Origin: Candidatus Saccharimonadota bacterium | GTDB lineage: Bacteria; Patescibacteriota; Saccharimonadia; Saccharimonadales; Saccharimonadaceae | DNA length: 32,000 bases | Direction: 5' to 3' | Assembly (NCBI GenBank): GCA_000503915.1 | Contig: CP006915.1 | Span: 510,001-542,000 of the forward strand | Part shown: piece after piece, positions 28,584-32,000 of the stretch | How positions within the stretch are numbered: the stretch's first letter is position 1 | How the letters are laid out: the number at the start of each line of letters is the position of its first letter | Notes under the pieces: generated by a model | Told to the model about the DNA's origin: nothing | Databases searched by the model: none | The model's input: the letters and a program-made list of their open reading frames with translations, nothing else | Position numbers and translations under genes: made by a program

Positions 28584-28910
28584 ATGGATATTGAATACAA
28601 CTTCTCAGGTTCTATAAAAGTTACGTTAGACTACTCTGATCTTTCAATGATTCAGTCACATGGCTATGCGGTTGAACGCGAAGGTTTTGCCGGCATTGAA
28701 AACAAAACGTGGGTTCGGCTAGGTCATAATAGAGACCCTATGGCGATCATCGATGACGATGGTGATCTGAACGTTTGGATACCACGTGATGTAGTCTCTC
28801 CAGTTGAGATTCCTCGCAAAAGTATCCATGCCAGTAGTAGCGCTCTTGGGGATATTGTTGAACATTACCTTGGTGAAGACGGTAACGTGACAGTGGATTG
28901 GCCAAGTTAA
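28584..28910 (+). CDS. Hypothetical protein (108 aa)
   Basis: It starts 5 nt after the RidA-family gene with GAGGTAG upstream, and is the third gene of an apparent operon. I recognised no family. Confidence 0.5.
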   Translation: MDIEYNFSGSIKVTLDYSDLSMIQSHGYAVEREGFAGIENKTWVRLGHNRDPMAIIDDDGDLNVWIPRDVVSPVEIPRKSIHASSSALGDIVEHYLGEDGNVTVDWPS

Positions 28911-28941
28911 TGACTGATCAAAACTTGATATCTCTGGCGAT

Positions 28942-29385
28942 CTATAGATAGTTTCCTATGCCGTCGATAGACTCTGCGCCTGTACTTCTTTGCAGCTCGT
29001 TTTTTAATGCACGTTTGAATTTTTCCATGCCGTTCTTGTCATCTTCATTAATTAGCTCCGGGTTGCCGTGCGGTCCGTACAATAAGATAGCGATAGAGGC
29101 GACTGTCCCCAGCTCCGCTACTCTTCTGGCAATTGGTGGAACAGCTTCCTCCAGCGTATCTGTGCCAAAGCTGCTCGTAGGATCGCTCAAGAAGCCAGAC
29201 TCATCCATATCAGGCATACCGTCTGCCGCAACAAATAATTCACCGACCCGAACAGTTTTCGAAAAACCTATGTCGGTAAGCCCAATGTGACGAGAAAGAA
29301 TAAGACCGCTTGGTGTATTTGTCTCTTCGGTGTGTTGAACCAGGAAGTGATTGTATGATTCATGAATCTCATGTCTGTACGTCAT
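28942..29385 (-). CDS. Hypothetical protein (147 aa from the ATG at 29385)
   Basis: The track start at 29499 would overlap the divergent sigma gene. The internal ATG at 29385 is preceded by TATAAT (plus 29392-29397) with a 6-nt spacer, matching the leaderless pattern seen elsewhere. I recognised no family. Confidence 0.5.
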   Translation of the reverse strand: MTYRHEIHESYNHFLVQHTEETNTPSGLILSRHIGLTDIGFSKTVRVGELFVAADGMPDMDESGFLSDPTSSFGTDTLEEAVPPIARRVAELGTVASIAILLYGPHGNPELINEDDKNGMEKFKRALKNELQRSTGAESIDGIGNYL

Positions 29386-29444
29386 GCTGAAATTATATGC
29401 CTCGCACCCTTGGGTGCAAGCATTAGCCGTATATCGCCCATGCT

Positions 29445-29472
29445 TTGACCGCAATAGACTTAAGAGTATTAT
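29445..29472 (+). promoter_or_regulatory. Promoter TTGACC-N16-TATTAT for the sigma factor gene
   Basis: TTGACC is at 29445-29450 and TATTAT at 29467-29472. The ATG follows 11 nt downstream. Confidence 0.55.
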
Positions 29473-29483
29473 GAACTCTAGAT

Positions 29484-30110
29484 ATGTCGATAGATTCATT
29501 TCCTATTGTAGGTGCTGGTTCCTACACCGAGCTTAGCTATGATGATTTGGCAGTGCGGTATCAGCAAGGCGACCCTCAAGCTCTCGAGGAGGTTTGTACA
29601 CGTCAATATAGAAGAATTGAGGGCATACTTATTCATAACGGGGTTGATTCACAGGATGTTGCTGATGTAGCTCAGCAAGTAGTAGAAAAGATGATAGGAG
29701 CGCTAGATAAGTTTGAGCCGGGCGGATTTAACGCCTGGGTGGGAAGGATTGCTCACAACTGTGCCATGGATTATCATCGCAGGAATAGGCATAGGAAATC
29801 GAAAATTCTTAATTGTGACGGTGAGATTGCGGATCAGATAGTGGAATCGCATAATGAGATCGAAGACCTCAATGCGATCTGGATAGTGGACGATATTATC
29901 GATCAATTGAGAGAATTTGATGGAGCGGGTTTTGATTCAAAGGATCTCGGTGAAATATTGAAGCGTTTAGCTCTCGGTGAGAAAAATATTGAGATTGCTG
30001 AAGATATGGGACTGAACCACCTCACAGTTGCAACACGTATTTCGCGTTTGAGAGCTCGTCTAGCGAAAGCATCTTTCACGCGTGAGTCTGTCGATCGCCT
30101 GATACAATAG
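29484..30110 (+). CDS. Sigma-70 family RNA polymerase sigma factor, ECF-like (208 aa)
   Basis: Region 2 is recognisable (FNAWVGRIAHNCAMDYHRRNR), as is the region 4 HTH (GEKNIEIAEDMGLNHLTVATRISRLRARL). They are separated by an acidic linker. Confidence 0.8.
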   Translation: MSIDSFPIVGAGSYTELSYDDLAVRYQQGDPQALEEVCTRQYRRIEGILIHNGVDSQDVADVAQQVVEKMIGALDKFEPGGFNAWVGRIAHNCAMDYHRRNRHRKSKILNCDGEIADQIVESHNEIEDLNAIWIVDDIIDQLREFDGAGFDSKDLGEILKRLALGEKNIEIAEDMGLNHLTVATRISRLRARLAKASFTRESVDRLIQ

Positions 30111-30114
30111 AAGT

Positions 30115-30131
30115 ATGAAATACGAAGGCAC
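30115..30131 (+). repeat. Direct repeat copy 1: ATGAAATACGAAGGCAC
   Basis: It is an exact 17-nt match to 30614-30630. Both copies begin at a start codon and encode MKYEGT. Confidence 0.9.
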
Positions 30132-30537
30132 ACCGAAGTTCCTCGGCCTTTTAAAAGCTATGCAAGATTCATGGGGCCCTGAAACAAGTCTGGCCGGTGA
30201 CAAATTGCCAAGTGATAACCCGGCACGGGGACAGTGTGTCGTTTCTTCGTTGGTGGTGCAGGACTTCCTAGGCGGCGATATCGTACGCGTGCATGTGACT
30301 GGTGATGGCATTGATGAGAACCACTACTTTAATAAACTTGCCGACGGTACAGCCATTGATGTCACGCGCAAACAATATGAGGATAAGCCGATTACCCTAG
30401 TAGATCATCCACCCGACCTAGAAAGTAACGGCTATTCTTCAATGCGAGAGCGCTGCTTGGCTGATGACGATACGCGTCGTAGGTACATGTTGCTCAAAGG
30501 CATGGTAGACCAAAAGCTCGCAGAACTTCAAGGTTAA
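30115..30537 (+). CDS. Hypothetical protein (140 aa), possibly YunG-like
   Basis: The segment ARGQCVVSSLVVQDFLGG ... HYFNKLADGTAIDVTRKQY resembles my recollection of the YunG family (low certainty). TGaTACAAT (30100-30108) lies 6 nt before the ATG. Its first 17 nt are identical to the start of the FKBP gene. Confidence 0.55.
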   Translation: MKYEGTPKFLGLLKAMQDSWGPETSLAGDKLPSDNPARGQCVVSSLVVQDFLGGDIVRVHVTGDGIDENHYFNKLADGTAIDVTRKQYEDKPITLVDHPPDLESNGYSSMRERCLADDDTRRRYMLLKGMVDQKLAELQG

Positions 30538-30613
30538 ATGCGATAATAGAAAGTGAAGGGCAAAAAGTTACCAACAAGTGAGATAAGTGATATGAAAGTT
30601 CTAAGGAGGATAC

Positions 30614-30630
30614 ATGAAATACGAAGGCAC
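30614..30630 (+). repeat. Direct repeat copy 2: ATGAAATACGAAGGCAC
   Basis: It is an exact 17-nt match to 30115-30131. Confidence 0.9.
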
Positions 30631-30997
30631 GAAACTACCAGATTTTGAACCGCGCGACGAAGTAAAAGAACTTGAGATTATCGACGTAGAAGTCGGAAAT
30701 GGAGAGGAAGTGAAAGCCGGCGCGACAATCACTGCGCACTATACCGGTGCACTGTGTAAAAACAGCATTATTTTTCAAAGCAGTCACGACTTTGGAAAGG
30801 CGATTACCTTTGGTCTCGACCAAGTCATCAAAGGCTGGACACTCGGTGTACCCGGCATGAAAGTTGGAGGTACGCGCCGGCTGATCATCCCAGCTGAAAT
30901 GGCATACGGTGAAGCCAGTCCAGCGCCAAACATTCCAGCAAACAGCGACCTGGTGTTTGACATCGACTTGGTGGCGATTCCACGAAACGGAGCATAG
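30614..30997 (+). CDS. FKBP-type peptidyl-prolyl cis-trans isomerase
   Basis: It has FKBP_C motifs (TAHYTG, VIKGWTLGVPGMKVGGTRRLIIPAEMAYG, LVFDIDLV). The SD AAGGAGGA lies upstream. Confidence 0.88.
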   Translation: MKYEGTKLPDFEPRDEVKELEIIDVEVGNGEEVKAGATITAHYTGALCKNSIIFQSSHDFGKAITFGLDQVIKGWTLGVPGMKVGGTRRLIIPAEMAYGEASPAPNIPANSDLVFDIDLVAIPRNGA

Positions 30998-30998
30998 G

Positions 30999-31634
30999 GT
31001 GGACGTGAAGGCTGGAAGCCCGTGGCAGAGACATTTCGGTCTAGAATGGACGCTCAGCGCTGTCGTAACACTAATAGCTCTGATCGCGTGGGTAACAACA
31101 CGACATATTGGCCAGCAGCCGCTCGGTGTCTATGATGTGTTCCCGATCTTTGGGCTGATCGCATTTAGCTGGATGTGGGTGGTGTATGTCAGCGGGGCAG
31201 CCAGGCGGCTTCTCAAGCTAGGAAAACCGCACGGTCATTTGTACTGGAGTGTGTCCTCAGGACTTATATTGGTAGCTATAATCATCCATCCACTACTCGT
31301 AAGTAGTGGCTTGGCCTGGGACGGTCTAGGATTACCGCCAGGTAGCTATTTTGCGGCCTATCAATCGCTTGGTTGGTTCCTCTTGCTAGGTTCAGCCGCA
31401 CTACTTGTCTTTTTATCATATGAGTTGAGACGGTGGTGGGGGAAAGCCAGCTGGTGGAAGTGGGTAGAATCCGCTCAAAAGCTGGCAATGGTAGCTATTT
31501 TCATCCATTCGCTCGTACTTGGCCGCGAGTTAACAGTCGGTTGGTTTAAGACTATCTGGTGGCTCTATGGCCTAACACTTATGGCTGCATGGGTATATAA
31601 TTATTACTATGATAAAAGAAGGGTCGGGAGGTGA
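30999..31634 (+). CDS. Hypothetical integral membrane protein (about 6 TM) with intramembrane histidines
   Basis: I prefer the GTG at 30999, just after the FKBP stop, because the track start at 30909 overlaps the FKBP gene by 89 nt. His residues sit in predicted TM helices (AIIIHPLL, AIFIHSLV). Any likeness to ferric-reductase/MsrQ-type haem b proteins is speculative. Confidence 0.55.
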   Translation: MDVKAGSPWQRHFGLEWTLSAVVTLIALIAWVTTRHIGQQPLGVYDVFPIFGLIAFSWMWVVYVSGAARRLLKLGKPHGHLYWSVSSGLILVAIIIHPLLVSSGLAWDGLGLPPGSYFAAYQSLGWFLLLGSAALLVFLSYELRRWWGKASWWKWVESAQKLAMVAIFIHSLVLGRELTVGWFKTIWWLYGLTLMAAWVYNYYYDKRRVGR

Positions 31635-31637
31635 GAC

Positions 31638-32000
31638 ATGCATGTGAACAATAGGGTAATAGTAGGATTGTTGATCGCAGCGGTGCTGATAGTTATCGCA
31701 GCGGTAGCCTACGTGGTATTAATGCTACCAGGGGTCCGGCAGACATCTACAGCCGGTAAAGCGGAAAAGGGCCCTATAACTATCGTCTATACGGATAACG
31801 GTTTCCAGTCTCCAACGTATAAAGTAGCTAAAGGTGAGACAGTAACTGTTACCAACAAGTCGACCGGTGATTTGCAGTTTTCTTCTGGTAACCACCCAAC
31901 CCACTTAGAAGAACCCGAATTGAATATGAATATTCTAGCACCTGGCGAAAGCGCCAAATTTACTCCGACCAAAATCGGTACATGGACTTTCCATGACCAT
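31638..32000 (+). CDS. Membrane-anchored cupredoxin-like fold protein, 5' part (runs off the window)
   Basis: The ATG at 31638 is preceded by GGGAGGTGA. An N-terminal TM is followed by a beta-sandwich-like segment (ITIVYTDNGFQSPTYKVAKGETVTVTNKS...GTWTFHDH). It is absent from the ORF track because no stop lies in the window. Confidence 0.5.
   Translation, partial: MHVNNRVIVGLLIAAVLIVIAAVAYVVLMLPGVRQTSTAGKAEKGPITIVYTDNGFQSPTYKVAKGETVTVTNKSTGDLQFSSGNHPTHLEEPELNMNILAPGESAKFTPTKIGTWTFHDH

Larger units (their letters stand above)
27625..30613. other. Low-GC accessory island between glyQS and the FKBP gene
   Basis: Hand counts give 32-38% G+C in 27781-27960 and about 40-43% for lines in the RidA and sigma genes, against about 50% in the core. 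All products are unknown or accessory-type. The right edge carries a 17-nt direct repeat. Confidence 0.6.

Overview
This is a dense, mostly housekeeping 32-kb chromosomal window of roughly 50% G+C by hand counts. It holds about 45 genes with short or overlapping gaps. I saw no rRNA, tRNA, CRISPR array, transposase or integrase. Core genes are greA (3' end), lysS, serS, hpf, secA, an M16 peptidase, murD, murI, prfB (single ORF, no frameshift), ftsE-ftsX followed by a coiled-coil CHAP hydrolase (PcsB-like) and an S41 C-terminal protease, rpmA, xseA/xseB, recO, a dimeric-type glycyl-tRNA synthetase and an FKBP PPIase. There are also two receiver-only response regulators and a histidine kinase with no sensor domain. 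The compact layout, peptidoglycan genes, standard use of TGA as stop and Firmicutes-like hpf-secA...prfB-ftsEX-ctp order suggest a reduced Terrabacteria-type genome, possibly CPR/Saccharibacteria. That assignment is inference only. Four things are most worth a second look. (1) A ~0.6-kb single-gene island sits between serS and hpf. Its 130-codon ORF has GC3 of about 93%, which is Actinomycetota-like codon usage. It carries its own GC-rich hairpin and a structured leader with a 14-codon Trp/Tyr-rich upstream ORF, and it is driven by an AT-rich near-consensus promoter. (2) A ~3-kb low-GC accessory island sits between glyQS and the FKBP gene. It encodes three unknown proteins, a RidA-family protein, an ECF-type sigma factor and a YunG-like protein. 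Its right end is marked by an exact 17-nt duplication of the FKBP start region. (3) A -10 box recurs 6-8 nt upstream of the ATG with no Shine-Dalgarno, implying many leaderless mRNAs alongside classic SD-led genes. (4) A membrane-anchored protein, the sensor-less kinase, a receiver-only regulator and recO form a tightly coupled string. No product in either island could be assigned to a known defence, toxin or mobile-element family from sequence alone.
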